Shown here piece by piece: positions 30,577 to 40,840 of a stretch of DNA of 64,000 nucleotides. The DNA comes from Coprobacillus sp. Lineage in GTDB: Bacteria; Bacillota_I; Bacilli_A; RFN20; CAG-826. The position numbers and the translations under genes were made by a program. Each line of letters opens with the position of its first letter. The stretch's first letter is position 1. The stretch is taken from contig JAJQAG010000004.1 of assembly GCA_021203905.1 (NCBI GenBank), positions 129,939 to 193,938 of the forward strand, given 5' to 3'. The notes under the pieces were generated by a model. It saw nothing but the letters and a program-made list of their open reading frames with translations. It had not been told where the DNA came from and ran no database searches.

Positions 30577-31501
30577 TCACTCTTAGCTTTGCGCTCTTAC
30601 ATCTGGGATTAGCTTCCACCTCTTCTTCACTCGGGGTGATCACCTTATTGTTGATTAACCTATAATCAACATCCCTATTTATCTGCGGTCCATTGATTCT
30701 ATCTCCTTGGACGACGGCATACTTTCTAAATGTTTGTTTCACTATCCTATCTTCTAGGGAATGGAAGGATATTACTGCAAGTCGGCCACCACTATCTAAG
30801 AATGGCAAGACCTTCTCTAAGGTTTCTCTTAGGACATTGAGTTCATCGTTTACTTCAATACGGAGAGCTTGAAATACTTGTTTAGCGGGATGACCGGGTT
30901 TAGATAACTCCTTACTGGGCTTGCTCTTTTTAATGATCTCTACGAGTTCAAGTGTGCTTTCAATCGGTTTCTTTTCTCTTTCTAGGACAATGTTTCGAGC
31001 AATGCTTGAGGAGTATTTCTCTTCTCCATATTCTTTGAATATCTGGGTGAGTCTCTCTTGCGAATAGGTATTAACAACTTCTCTTGCGCTCAAGGGATTG
31101 TCTTTATCCATTCTCATGTCAAGAGGTCCATCTTCTCGATAAGAGAAGCCTCTCTCACTCTCATCAAACTGGTTTGAGCTGACCCCAAGATCCATAATCA
31201 CTCCATCGACAGAAGTTGTTCCTAACTCCTTTAAGATGGTGTCAACATGGACGAAGTTATCTTTGATAAGGGTGAATTTCTTTGAGATGTGATTAAGTCT
31301 CTCACTAGAGGCTTTTATCGCCTCTTCATCTTGATCAACCCCGATAAGATAACCTGTCGTGAGACTCTCAAGGATTCGTGAAGCATGTCCTCCTCTTCCT
31401 ACGGTGAGATCAAGATAGATTCCTTCGGGCTTAACTTTTAAGAGAGAAATAGTCTCCTCAACTAGGACTGGTAGATGTCCGTAATCCTTATCACTCGCCA
31501 T
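30563..31501 (-). CDS. rsmH: 16S rRNA (cytosine1402-N4)-methyltransferase RsmH
   Basis: MraW family (HLPVLVEE.., GGHA, DLGVSSNQ). The start is probably the Met of MASDKDYGHLPVL; the track's N-terminal extension overlaps mraZ. Confidence 0.9.
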   Translation of the reverse strand: MASDKDYGHLPVLVEETISLLKVKPEGIYLDLTVGRGGHASRILESLTTGYLIGVDQDEEAIKASSERLNHISKKFTLIKDNFVHVDTILKELGTTSVDGVIMDLGVSSNQFDESERGFSYREDGPLDMRMDKDNPLSAREVVNTYSQERLTQIFKEYGEEKYSSSIARNIVLEREKKPIESTLELVEIIKKSKPSKELSKPGHPAKQVFQALRIEVNDELNVLRETLEKVLPFLDSGGRLAVISFHSLEDRIVKQTFRKYAVVQGDRINGPQINRDVDYRLINNKVITPSEEEVEANPRCKSAKLRVIERK

Positions 31502-31931
31502 GATCAATGAGTTCACCTGCGACTTCTTCATAAGAAGAATCAGCTTCTTTTTCGTATTCGAGATACTTCGTACGATCCCAAATTTCAATGTGGTCCACCA
31601 CTCCAAGGATGAAAATATCTTTTCCGATTCCATACCTGGTGATGAGGGCAGTGGGTATCGTCACTCTTCCAAGCTTATCAACCTCTAGTTCATAGGTAGA
31701 AGAGAGTTGGGTTCTTATGTAAGAGCGGCTCTCCTTCTTTTGAAAAGGAAGAGAGTTTATTTCGGTAATTAAGTTATTAAATGCTTCGGCGCTATAAAGA
31801 GAAAGCGCTCCATCATATCCCTTCATGATATAAAGAGGAGAGGAGACCTCTTCTCTCATCCTTTTAGGGATGACAATGCGGTTCTTTTCATCAAGTGAAT
31901 GTTCATAACGACCAAAAAACATATTTACCAC
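31491..31931 (-). CDS. mraZ: transcriptional regulator MraZ
   Basis: 146 aa with two DxxxR-type MraZ repeats (LDEKNRIVIP.., VDKLGRVTIP). Confidence 0.9.
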   Translation of the reverse strand: MVNMFFGRYEHSLDEKNRIVIPKRMREEVSSPLYIMKGYDGALSLYSAEAFNNLITEINSLPFQKKESRSYIRTQLSSTYELEVDKLGRVTIPTALITRYGIGKDIFILGVVDHIEIWDRTKYLEYEKEADSSYEEVAGELIDHGE

Positions 31932-32055
31932 TTTTTCCCACTTTTTACCACTTGACTATATTATAAATAGCATTTTAAAAGTTTGACAACACTTATTTTG
32001 ATAAAAATAAAAAGCCCTCCAAAAGGAGAAGCTATGTTACAGATGAGAAGATTGG

Positions 32056-32547
32056 TTATAAGTCGAGATTATCTAAGACATCAAAGGGAGATGATTTATC
32101 TTCTTCTCTCTCTTTCTCTAGTTCATCTTCTGTTAAGACTCGATAACCTTTTCCACCTTGAGGGAGGCTCGCTCCTGGTTTGTGGAGATGGAAAGGAACT
32201 GTCGCCACAATGATGGAGTGGATGACATCATCGAGATTGATATCTCCATTCTTTTCTATCGTATCAATCCCCTCTTCTTCGTTTCCATTAAAGGAGAAGA
32301 TAAAATCTTCTTTCTCTTTTCCATGATACTCCACCTCTTCTAGGGTATAACTACAAGGAGCAAGAGCCACAAACTTGACACTCACGGTAAGATAAAGTAG
32401 TTCCCCCACTTTGGTGACATCAACATCAGCGTGACAACTCCTTACCCCTAATATATGGACGGGATCAAACTGCTCTGACTTAAAAGAAGGGTCATAAGAA
32501 ACCCTTTCTTTTTCATTTTCTTTATATGTATAGAAGTTGATTTTCAT
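32056..32547 (-). CDS. DUF177 (YceD/YlbN-like) protein, putative
   Basis: 163 aa, acidic, with an L-x-C-x-x-x-LEE pattern; operonic with pheST. Confidence 0.4.
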   Translation of the reverse strand: MKINFYTYKENEKERVSYDPSFKSEQFDPVHILGVRSCHADVDVTKVGELLYLTVSVKFVALAPCSYTLEEVEYHGKEKEDFIFSFNGNEEEGIDTIEKNGDINLDDVIHSIIVATVPFHLHKPGASLPQGGKGYRVLTEDELEKEREEDKSSPFDVLDNLDL

Positions 32548-34940
32548 TAGCTACGAAGCACCGCTTTAAAACGACGATTTAATTCAAACTTAATATTGTC
32601 TTCAACTTGTGTCACTTCTTTATCTTCTAGGGTGTGAGTGTCACTTCCATAAGTAATAGTAATGGCGACACTCTTAGTGCCGCTCGCAATCCCCTTTCCT
32701 TCATAGACATCAAAGACTTCACAAGAGGTGACAATCCCGTTAGCGGTCTTAGTAATAAGATGAAGGAGTTCTTGACTAGTGACCTCTTTTGAGACAATAA
32801 GAGCGAGGTCGTGACTAATAGTGGGATATTTAGAGATCTTTTCCATCTTCGTGGTGCTGACCTTAAGAGCAAAGATATCATCAAGAACGACCTCAGCGAG
32901 TAAAACATTATTCTTTCCAAGGTCGTATTTAGTGATGGTCGTTGGATGAAGCTCTCCAAAATAACCAATGGTCTTACCAGCGATGGTGATAAGAGCGCTC
33001 TTTCCTGGATGGAGCTCCTCCACTTGATCATTACTAACAATCTTATAACGGCTAGCGTCCACTCCTAAGGTTTCAAAGATTCCACAAACAAGTCCTTTCA
33101 AGTCATAGAAGTCATAAGGACGAGTGACGAGAAGTCCTTGTTCATGTTTATCATTAACAAGAGCGATACATAAATGATGAGTATAGCTATTCTTTGTGGT
33201 TATCTCACTAATTTCAAATAGGGCCATATCCTTGGTTTGACGAGAGATGTTATAAATAACATTCTTCATCATGGAGTGGGCTAAACTCGTTCTTACCACC
33301 ACATGATCGTCTGTGAGGGGATTCATCACTTTATAAGCATCATGATCAAAGATGGTAGTAAAGGTTTCGTCGTACTCTTTCTCACTTAATAAAGTGTAAG
33401 AGAGACACTCATCTAAACCTTGATTTAAAAGATAATCACTAACAAGGTTAATCTTGATGGCACTTTCACTTAAAGAACCCTCACTACTCTCAAAGGTGGG
33501 AAGAATAGAGGGCACGTGCTCATAACCAAGGAGACGAATGACCTCTTCACTAAGATCTTCCCATCTCTCAATATCAAGACGATAGCTGGGGACAGTACAG
33601 ATAAACTTATTCCCTTTATCCGTAACTTTAAAGTTGAGTCTCTCAAGAGCTCCTTTAATCTCCTTAGGAGAGAAAGAAGTGGCAAGACGAGAATTTATCT
33701 TTTCATAAGTGGTTTCAATTTGAATGGGTTTTTCTTTTTCACTTTGATAAATGATAGTTTGCGAGAATTGCTCTCCCCCACAGAGTTGTTTAATTAAACT
33801 CGAGGCATAATCAATGACAAATTCAGACTGAAAGTGATTGGTCCCTTTCACAAAGCGAGAGGAAGATTCACTACTTAAACCAAGTCTCGTGGAAGTATGT
33901 CTAATCGTCACCGCATAGAAAGAGGCCGCTTCAATAACAATGTCTGTGGAACCACTATCAACCGCACACTCTAAAGAACCCATCACTCCACCGAGACACA
34001 TTGCCCTCTCTTTGGAGCAGATACAAATATCTCCTTTGATGACATCATATGATTTAGTGTCAAGAGCGACAAAGCTTCCTTCATAGTCATCTCTCGCCAC
34101 AAGTTTTCTCTCGGGGAGTTTATTAACATCATACATGTGTAATGGTTGACCGGTAATAAGCATGACATAGTTACCGATATCGACAATATTATCAATGGAT
34201 CTCACTCCCATCGCCATGAGATATCTCTGCATCCATAAAGGAGATGATCCAGATTTAATTCCTTTAATTTCTTTGCCACTGAATTGAGGGCATTTTTCTG
34301 TTTCAGAGCCCACTTTAAAGTCGGTTTTATAGGTTTCAAGATGTTCGACTTTTATAGGATAAGTAGGACGAGAGAAGATTGCTCCCGCTTCTTTAGCGAT
34401 ATTTAAGATCGAGAGAAGATCAGGACGATTCGCTAAAACTGAAAGAGAGAGAACATAATCATCTAAAAGAAGATAATGTAAGACATTCTCTTCTCCCACT
34501 GGAGCAGCACTATCAAGTTCAATAATTCCCTCTAAATCTTTATCACTTAAATACTTACGATCAAGGCCAAGTTCAAGATAGGAGCAGCACATCCCGTGAG
34601 ATTCCACTCCTCTAATAGTGGATTTACCAATCTTTCCACCGATTAATTCACAGCCTTCAAGGGCCACGACCACTTTAAGTCCACTTCTTACGTTAGGAGC
34701 ACCGCAGACAATTTGTTGGGTGCCATATTTCTGACCAAGATTGACACTTAAAACATGAAGATGAGTGCCTTCTATCTCTTCACAAGTTAAGACTTCTCCA
34801 ATACAGAGTTTTGTGCCATACGCTAAAGGTCTAGTCCCTTCCACTTCAATGCCCGCAAAGGTAAAACCATGGGCAATCTCTTCGACGCTTAAGCCCTCTA
34901 AATCCACAAACTGTTTTAAACAATTAAGAGAGACTTCCAT
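32547..34940 (-). CDS. pheT: phenylalanyl-tRNA synthetase beta subunit
   Basis: 797 aa with a tRNA-binding N-terminus, B3/B4, B5 and FDX-ACB domains. Confidence 0.93.
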   Translation of the reverse strand: MEVSLNCLKQFVDLEGLSVEEIAHGFTFAGIEVEGTRPLAYGTKLCIGEVLTCEEIEGTHLHVLSVNLGQKYGTQQIVCGAPNVRSGLKVVVALEGCELIGGKIGKSTIRGVESHGMCCSYLELGLDRKYLSDKDLEGIIELDSAAPVGEENVLHYLLLDDYVLSLSVLANRPDLLSILNIAKEAGAIFSRPTYPIKVEHLETYKTDFKVGSETEKCPQFSGKEIKGIKSGSSPLWMQRYLMAMGVRSIDNIVDIGNYVMLITGQPLHMYDVNKLPERKLVARDDYEGSFVALDTKSYDVIKGDICICSKERAMCLGGVMGSLECAVDSGSTDIVIEAASFYAVTIRHTSTRLGLSSESSSRFVKGTNHFQSEFVIDYASSLIKQLCGGEQFSQTIIYQSEKEKPIQIETTYEKINSRLATSFSPKEIKGALERLNFKVTDKGNKFICTVPSYRLDIERWEDLSEEVIRLLGYEHVPSILPTFESSEGSLSESAIKINLVSDYLLNQGLDECLSYTLLSEKEYDETFTTIFDHDAYKVMNPLTDDHVVVRTSLAHSMMKNVIYNISRQTKDMALFEISEITTKNSYTHHLCIALVNDKHEQGLLVTRPYDFYDLKGLVCGIFETLGVDASRYKIVSNDQVEELHPGKSALITIAGKTIGYFGELHPTTITKYDLGKNNVLLAEVVLDDIFALKVSTTKMEKISKYPTISHDLALIVSKEVTSQELLHLITKTANGIVTSCEVFDVYEGKGIASGTKSVAITITYGSDTHTLEDKEVTQVEDNIKFELNRRFKAVLRS

Positions 34941-35980
34941 TACGATACCTTCTTTTTAAATTGTTCGAGGAAACGTACATCATTAGTGTAGAATCTCCTG
35001 ATATCATCAATGCCATACCTAAGCATGGCCACTCTTTCAATCCCAATTCCAAAGGCAAATCCACTATAAACCTCTGGATCGTAACCATTTATTTTAAGAA
35101 CATTAGGATGAACCATCCCTGCTCCTAAGATTTCAATATAACCATTCTTACACATAGAGCAACCCTTGCCCCCACAATTTCCACAAGAGACATCAACCTC
35201 CACACTCGGTTCGGTAAAGGGGAAGAAAGATGGACGGAAGCGGACTTCTCTCTTTTCTCCAAACATCGCTTTGGCAAAAACCTCAAGAGTGGCTTTAAGA
35301 TGAGCCATATTAATTCCCTTATCCACCACTAAACCTTCGATTTGAGCGAATTGATGAGAATGCGTCGCATCATCATCATCTCTACGATAAGTCTTCCCTG
35401 GGCAAATAATCTTAAAGGGTTTCCCTGCTTTTTCTTCCATCACCCTCGCTTGAATGTTAGAGGTTTGACTACGGAGAAGTAAGTTTTCATTTATGTATAA
35501 AGAATCCTGCATATCTCTCGCGGGATGATCTTTAGGAATATTCAATCTTTCAAAATTGTAGAGGTCACTCTCTACTTCTGGTCCTTCTTTAACTTCGTAT
35601 CCCATCTTAAGGAAGATATCGGCAATTTCATCACGGATGATATAGAAAGGATTCTTCGCTCCAATGCTATTACCTCTTCCTGGAAGAGTGATATCAAGTT
35701 TCTCGTGGGCAAGTTTTTCATTGAGCTCTTCAAGAGTTATTTCTTCTGACCTTGACTCAAAAGCGGAGGTTAACTCCTCTCTTAAACGAGATAAGAGACT
35801 TCCGTACTCTCTTTTTTCCTTATCAGAGAGAGAAGGAAGTTGACTGGTTAAGAGAGCAAGTTCTCCTCTTTTTGCAAAAAAGCGATTACGAAAAGTGGTG
35901 ATATCCGCACTCGAGACAATCTTACTTAACTCTGCAAAAGCAGTCTTTCTTAATTCTTCAATGTTATCTTTTAAACTCAT
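34940..35980 (-). CDS. pheS: phenylalanyl-tRNA synthetase alpha subunit
   Basis: 346 aa with class II motifs (FRPSFFPFTEPS, GFAFGIGIERVAML). Confidence 0.95.
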   Translation of the reverse strand: MSLKDNIEELRKTAFAELSKIVSSADITTFRNRFFAKRGELALLTSQLPSLSDKEKREYGSLLSRLREELTSAFESRSEEITLEELNEKLAHEKLDITLPGRGNSIGAKNPFYIIRDEIADIFLKMGYEVKEGPEVESDLYNFERLNIPKDHPARDMQDSLYINENLLLRSQTSNIQARVMEEKAGKPFKIICPGKTYRRDDDDATHSHQFAQIEGLVVDKGINMAHLKATLEVFAKAMFGEKREVRFRPSFFPFTEPSVEVDVSCGNCGGKGCSMCKNGYIEILGAGMVHPNVLKINGYDPEVYSGFAFGIGIERVAMLRYGIDDIRRFYTNDVRFLEQFKKKVS

Positions 35981-36028
35981 ACCTTGTTATTTTATCATAC
36001 AAGAGTTTTATAAAAAACTAGAAATTTT

Positions 36029-36757
36029 TTATAACTTTGTGCCATTTATAAAATAAAACATGACAATTCCCGCACAGACTGCAACATTAAGGGAATCGAT
36101 GTCATTCATTTTGATACTGATTCTTCTATCCGCGAGATTAACTACTTCCTCACTCACTCCATGGGCTTCGCTTCCAAAGACTAAAAGGTAGGGTTCTTTC
36201 ACTCTCGTATCCACAAGGGTATCTTCATTGAGGGGAGTGGTCACATAAATAGTATGGGTGCGTTTATAATCTTGAACGGATCCTTGCTTAATGGGGAGGG
36301 AGAAGATAGCCCCTTTTGAAGCGGAAACAACCTTAGCGTTATAGATAGAAACACAATCACTTGAGAGCACTACTCCATCAAAACCAAGAGCGAGAGCAGT
36401 CCTTAAGATAGTTCCCATATTTCCTGGATCTCTGACACCATCAAGATAAATGAGCTTATCTTCCTTACTGAAAGGAACCTCTTCCATCTTAGAAATAAAA
36501 ACCACTTCTTCATTATTGACTAAAGAAGAGATCTTTTCTAAGACATTAGTGGGTACGACAATTTGTTCAATATCCCCAACATTTTCTAACTCTTTTGTGG
36601 TAAAAATCGTTTCCACCACTCCTTGTTTAAGTGCCATTTCCAGATTGAATTTTCCTTCACACAAAAACTTCTTTTCGCTTTTGGCAAAAGAAATATTCTT
36701 AAGCTTAACAGTGTACTTAATTAAAGGATTAGTAAGAGAAGTAATTTCTTTAGTCAT
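36029..36757 (-). CDS. TrmH/SpoU-family RNA 2'-O-methyltransferase
   Basis: 242 aa with SpoU motifs (DGVRDPGNMGTILRTALALG, GSEAHG). Confidence 0.85.
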   Translation of the reverse strand: MTKEITSLTNPLIKYTVKLKNISFAKSEKKFLCEGKFNLEMALKQGVVETIFTTKELENVGDIEQIVVPTNVLEKISSLVNNEEVVFISKMEEVPFSKEDKLIYLDGVRDPGNMGTILRTALALGFDGVVLSSDCVSIYNAKVVSASKGAIFSLPIKQGSVQDYKRTHTIYVTTPLNEDTLVDTRVKEPYLLVFGSEAHGVSEEVVNLADRRISIKMNDIDSLNVAVCAGIVMFYFINGTKL

Positions 36758-37397
36758 TGCGGATTCCTTTTTTCAAACTCTTCTGTATTTCCCGATAATT
36801 TGGACAATACTTATACACGATATTATAGAAGTTTTGGGAGTGGTCAAAATAGAAATAATGGGCTAATTCGTGAACGATAACTGTGTCAATAATCTCAGGA
36901 TCATAATGAACAAGCATCATCGCAAAAGTTAAAGTGTGAGTCTTAAGAGAGTTCGTGCCCCATCTAGTCTTCATCACTCTCACTCTTACATTATATGGCT
37001 CTTTGATAGACATTAAATCCTCGTAATAGTTCACTCTTCCCACTAAATATTCCTTAAACATCTTCTTAAGTTTCCTATCAAGTTCTTCCTTTGATTCATA
37101 TTCAATGGAGGGATAATTAGTAAAATCGATGGAACCATTAGGAAGAGTTAAATCCGCTTTACGACCAAAGATATAGATAAATTTGTCAGTGTATAAAACT
37201 TGTGCTTCCGCTTTATCAACGAGCTTTCTCGCAAACTTATCAAGACCTTCGCGGATCTTCTTTTCACTTGTTAAATAAGGACAGGTTACTTTGAATTTTC
37301 CATCAAAAAATCTGTAGCGGATGCTCTTCATTTGTTTGGGGTAAATATTGACGATATAATCCACTCCATCAAGGCTATAAGTAATCTGATTTTTCAT
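36750..37397 (-). CDS. YgjP-like (DUF45) zinc metallohydrolase
   Basis: 215 aa carrying HELAH in VIVHELAHYFYFDHSQNF. Confidence 0.7.
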   Translation of the reverse strand: MKNQITYSLDGVDYIVNIYPKQMKSIRYRFFDGKFKVTCPYLTSEKKIREGLDKFARKLVDKAEAQVLYTDKFIYIFGRKADLTLPNGSIDFTNYPSIEYESKEELDRKLKKMFKEYLVGRVNYYEDLMSIKEPYNVRVRVMKTRWGTNSLKTHTLTFAMMLVHYDPEIIDTVIVHELAHYFYFDHSQNFYNIVYKYCPNYREIQKSLKKGIRND

Positions 37398-37450
37398 CGC
37401 TTTATTATAACTTGATTTGACCTTTAATTTATATATAAAATTAAGGAGCG

Positions 37451-37915
37451 ATGAAAAAAGAAAAAATCCTTATCTCCTCTTGTTTGGTGGGCGATAAAGT
37501 TCGCTACGACGGGAGAAGTAATCAAGTGGATTCTCTTGATGAACTTCTCGAGAAGTATGAACTCGTCCCTTTTTGTAGTGAAGTTGAAGGAGGATTACGT
37601 GTTCCTCGAGCTCCGAGTGAAAGAGAAGGAGATAGAGTAATTAACTCCTTAGGTAAAGATGTCACAAAGCAATACCACCTTGGAGCGGAGAGGGCTTTAA
37701 ATATCTGTAAGTATTTAGGAATCACGAAAGCGATTCTTAAAGATAAGTCTCCCGCTTGCGGAGTGTATGAAATCTATGATGGAACCTTTGCCCACAAAAA
37801 GAAAAAAGGCGAGGGCACTACCACCGCCTTACTTCGAGAAAACGGCATCACTGTCTATAGTGAAAAAGATATCCCTCAATTACTTAATAATTCGAATTTT
37901 GACGCTGATGATTAA
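37451..37915 (+). CDS. DUF523 (TudS-like) Fe-S protein
   Basis: 154 aa with an ISSCLVGDKVRYDG N-terminus and a conserved Cys triad. Confidence 0.6.
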   Translation: MKKEKILISSCLVGDKVRYDGRSNQVDSLDELLEKYELVPFCSEVEGGLRVPRAPSEREGDRVINSLGKDVTKQYHLGAERALNICKYLGITKAILKDKSPACGVYEIYDGTFAHKKKKGEGTTTALLRENGITVYSEKDIPQLLNNSNFDADD

Positions 37916-38375
37916 CTTGCATCTTTTTAAGATAAGCTTCAATTAATTCATCCATTTCAAATCCGAGGGGATGGATAAGAGAGAGAAAACAACTAAAGGC
38001 CTTCATATAGGTCCTTTCATTTTGTTTTTTAAGGAAAGAAAGAACAAGATCATAGAGATGGAGGAAGTGTTGGTTCACATCATCTTTATCCTTACTATAG
38101 GGAATATGGTAACTCTTCACTCCAATATCGATGCCAAGAGAGAGAAAGAAATGCACTCCATCACTATATTCGTCAAGAACTCTTTCTTTGCTCTCGCTGC
38201 CTTTATTGCTCCAATATTTAAAGCATCTTGTGGAATTAATGAGTTCCCCAATTTCCACAAGCAAAGCAAGGAGCCTTCTCGTCCTCGTTGAGGCATAAGT
38301 GACATTATGCCTTTCACAAATTTCCGTATCTAAGTTCTTTTGAAGAGCATAGAGAGAAGAGAGATCAACTTCCAT
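37884..38375 (-). CDS. MazG-like/dimeric-dUTPase-like all-alpha NTP pyrophosphohydrolase, putative
   Basis: 163 aa with an ExxE-type motif (LVEIGELIN) and a KYWS motif. Its 3' end overlaps the DUF523 gene convergently. Confidence 0.45.
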   Translation of the reverse strand: MEVDLSSLYALQKNLDTEICERHNVTYASTRTRRLLALLVEIGELINSTRCFKYWSNKGSESKERVLDEYSDGVHFFLSLGIDIGVKSYHIPYSKDKDDVNQHFLHLYDLVLSFLKKQNERTYMKAFSCFLSLIHPLGFEMDELIEAYLKKMQVNHQRQNSNY

Positions 38376-40789
38376 TAGTCATCCCCCGTCACCTTGTGGA
38401 GGTGCCAAATATCTTGGACGTATTCTTCAATGGTACGATCACTAGTGAAGTAACCACTATTGGCGACATTCATTAAGCACATCGTTGCCCACTTATCATG
38501 GTTAGCGTAGAGCTTTTGAATCTTTTCATTGGCAGTGACATAAGCATCAAAATCTTTGAGAATGAAGTAGTTATCACGACCATTCATAATCTCATCAAAG
38601 ATCATTCTGAAGCGGTCTTGATGATAGAAGCACCATGGTCCATTAAAGAGAGAATCAAGAACGTTTTTAATGCGATAATCACTATTATAGATATCCCATG
38701 GATCATATTTTCCAGAGTTAGCTAACTCCTCTACTTCTTGCGCGGTTAAACCAAAGATGACAGCGTTATCTTTTCCGCAGGCATCGACAATCTCGATATT
38801 CGCTCCATCAAGAGTGCCAAGAGTAACTGCTCCATTCATCATAAGCTTCATATTAGAAGTTCCACTGGCTTCTTTACCAGCGGTTGAAATCTGAACGCTG
38901 ACATCGCTTGCGGGGATAATGAGCTCCGCAAGGGTGACACCATAGTTCTCAATAAAGACCACTTTGAGATACTTATTGGTTTCTTCATCCGCATTAACGA
39001 CATCCGCTACCGCTAAGATTAACTTAATAATCTCTTTAGCGTATTCATAACTTGGCGCCGCTTTTGCGCCAAAGAAGAAGGTCATAGGATGAGGTCGATA
39101 TGAAGGATCATCTTTCATCTTTTGATAGAGGTACATGACATAGAAAATATTTAAGAGTTGTCGCTTATAAGCATGGAGTCTCTTAATCTGGACAATAAAG
39201 ATAGAATCAGTATCGACATCAATGCCATTATGTTGTTTGACATACTCCGCTAATTTGACTTTACTATCGTGCTTAATTTCTTGAAAATCCTTCAAAACTT
39301 CCTTATCTTTAGCGAATTTCTCAAAATCTTTAATCTTACTAAAGTCTGTAATCCAGTCCTCTCCAATACATCTTGTAATGAGATCTGCTAGTTCGGGATT
39401 AGCATTTAATAACCACCTTCTATGGGTGACACCATTGGTCTTGTTATTAAATTTAGTGGGGTAGTATTCATTAAAATCTTTAAAGGTAATTTGTTTTAAG
39501 ATGTTGGTGTGGATTGAGGCCACACCATTAACGGAGAAGGCGGTGACAATGGCAAGATTACACATATGGATTTGTCCATCTTTAATAATCGCCATGCTCT
39601 GTTTCTTTTCTTCGGAAACATGCTTCTCAGTAAGCTCAATCATGAAGCGACGATTAATCTCTTCAATAATCATATAGACACGAGGAATAAGGGTCTGGAC
39701 ATATCTCACTGGCCACTTCTCAAGGGCTTCTGGCATCACTGTGTGATTGGTAAAGGCCATGCAGTGGGTGACCTCTTTCCAAGCATCATCCCACTCCATA
39801 TTGTAGTCATCGAGAAGAATTCTCATCATCTCCGGGATGGCAAGGATCGGATGGGTATCGTTGAGTTGGAAAACATATTGATCGCTGATGCCCACCACGG
39901 TTCCGTGATGCTTATAATATGATTTCACTGTGGATTGCACTCCCGCCGAGACAAGGAAGTATTGTTGACGGAGTCTTAAAAGTTTCCCGTGCTCGGTCGT
40001 ATCATCAGGATAGAGACCATGACATAACTCTTCAATTGAGTGTAAATACTCCTCAAAAGAAGTGTTTTTAGGAAGATTTTCAGTTGAGGGCTCCGCATTC
40101 CATAGTCTTAAATAGTTAGTAATTTGATTACGATATCCGACGACAGGAACATCATAAGGAACCGCGGTGATATGAAGAGCGTTACCCGTCTTCATCCCAT
40201 ACGTTCCATCAGGTTTAAGATAGCTTTCAGGGTTTCCATAGAACTGGACATCGACCGCATATTTTATTCTTCTTATCTCCCAGACATTCCCGTTGGTGAG
40301 CCATTGGTCAGGAAGTTCTTCTTGTCTTCCTTGATCGAGTTTCTGACGGAAGAAACCATAGTGATAACGAATCGTGTTACCATGACCGATATAGCCCAAA
40401 GAGGCAATCGAATCGAGGAAGCACGCAGCGAGACGACCAAGTCCACCATTACCGAGACCCGCATCACTCTCAAGCTCTTCGAGTTCATGAATATTAATTC
40501 CTAAATCTTTGAGTCCATCTTTCGCCACTTGATAGATGCCAAGATTTTGCATATTGTTCACTAAAAGTCTGCCAATAAGGAATTCCATAGAGAAATAAAT
40601 AAGGGTTCTCTCGTGTTTACTCACAGTGAGATTATGAGTTTTGACATAGTCAACATTCGCGTAATCTCTCACCATTTCCCCTAAGATTTGATATTGCTCG
40701 GTGGCGTGAGAGTTATAGACATCCACGCCATATCTCTCAATCATTCGTCGAGTAAACTCTTCCTTAAAATCATTTTTACTATCAAACAT
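38375..40789 (-). CDS. glgP: glycogen phosphorylase
   Basis: 804 aa with the PLP-site motif EASGTSNMKLMMNGA. Confidence 0.95.
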   Translation of the reverse strand: MFDSKNDFKEEFTRRMIERYGVDVYNSHATEQYQILGEMVRDYANVDYVKTHNLTVSKHERTLIYFSMEFLIGRLLVNNMQNLGIYQVAKDGLKDLGINIHELEELESDAGLGNGGLGRLAACFLDSIASLGYIGHGNTIRYHYGFFRQKLDQGRQEELPDQWLTNGNVWEIRRIKYAVDVQFYGNPESYLKPDGTYGMKTGNALHITAVPYDVPVVGYRNQITNYLRLWNAEPSTENLPKNTSFEEYLHSIEELCHGLYPDDTTEHGKLLRLRQQYFLVSAGVQSTVKSYYKHHGTVVGISDQYVFQLNDTHPILAIPEMMRILLDDYNMEWDDAWKEVTHCMAFTNHTVMPEALEKWPVRYVQTLIPRVYMIIEEINRRFMIELTEKHVSEEKKQSMAIIKDGQIHMCNLAIVTAFSVNGVASIHTNILKQITFKDFNEYYPTKFNNKTNGVTHRRWLLNANPELADLITRCIGEDWITDFSKIKDFEKFAKDKEVLKDFQEIKHDSKVKLAEYVKQHNGIDVDTDSIFIVQIKRLHAYKRQLLNIFYVMYLYQKMKDDPSYRPHPMTFFFGAKAAPSYEYAKEIIKLILAVADVVNADEETNKYLKVVFIENYGVTLAELIIPASDVSVQISTAGKEASGTSNMKLMMNGAVTLGTLDGANIEIVDACGKDNAVIFGLTAQEVEELANSGKYDPWDIYNSDYRIKNVLDSLFNGPWCFYHQDRFRMIFDEIMNGRDNYFILKDFDAYVTANEKIQKLYANHDKWATMCLMNVANSGYFTSDRTIEEYVQDIWHLHKVTGDD

Positions 40790-40840
40790 AAGTGATCCTC
40801 CTTTCCAAAATAAAAAATAGGATGAATAGTTTGGTATTAA

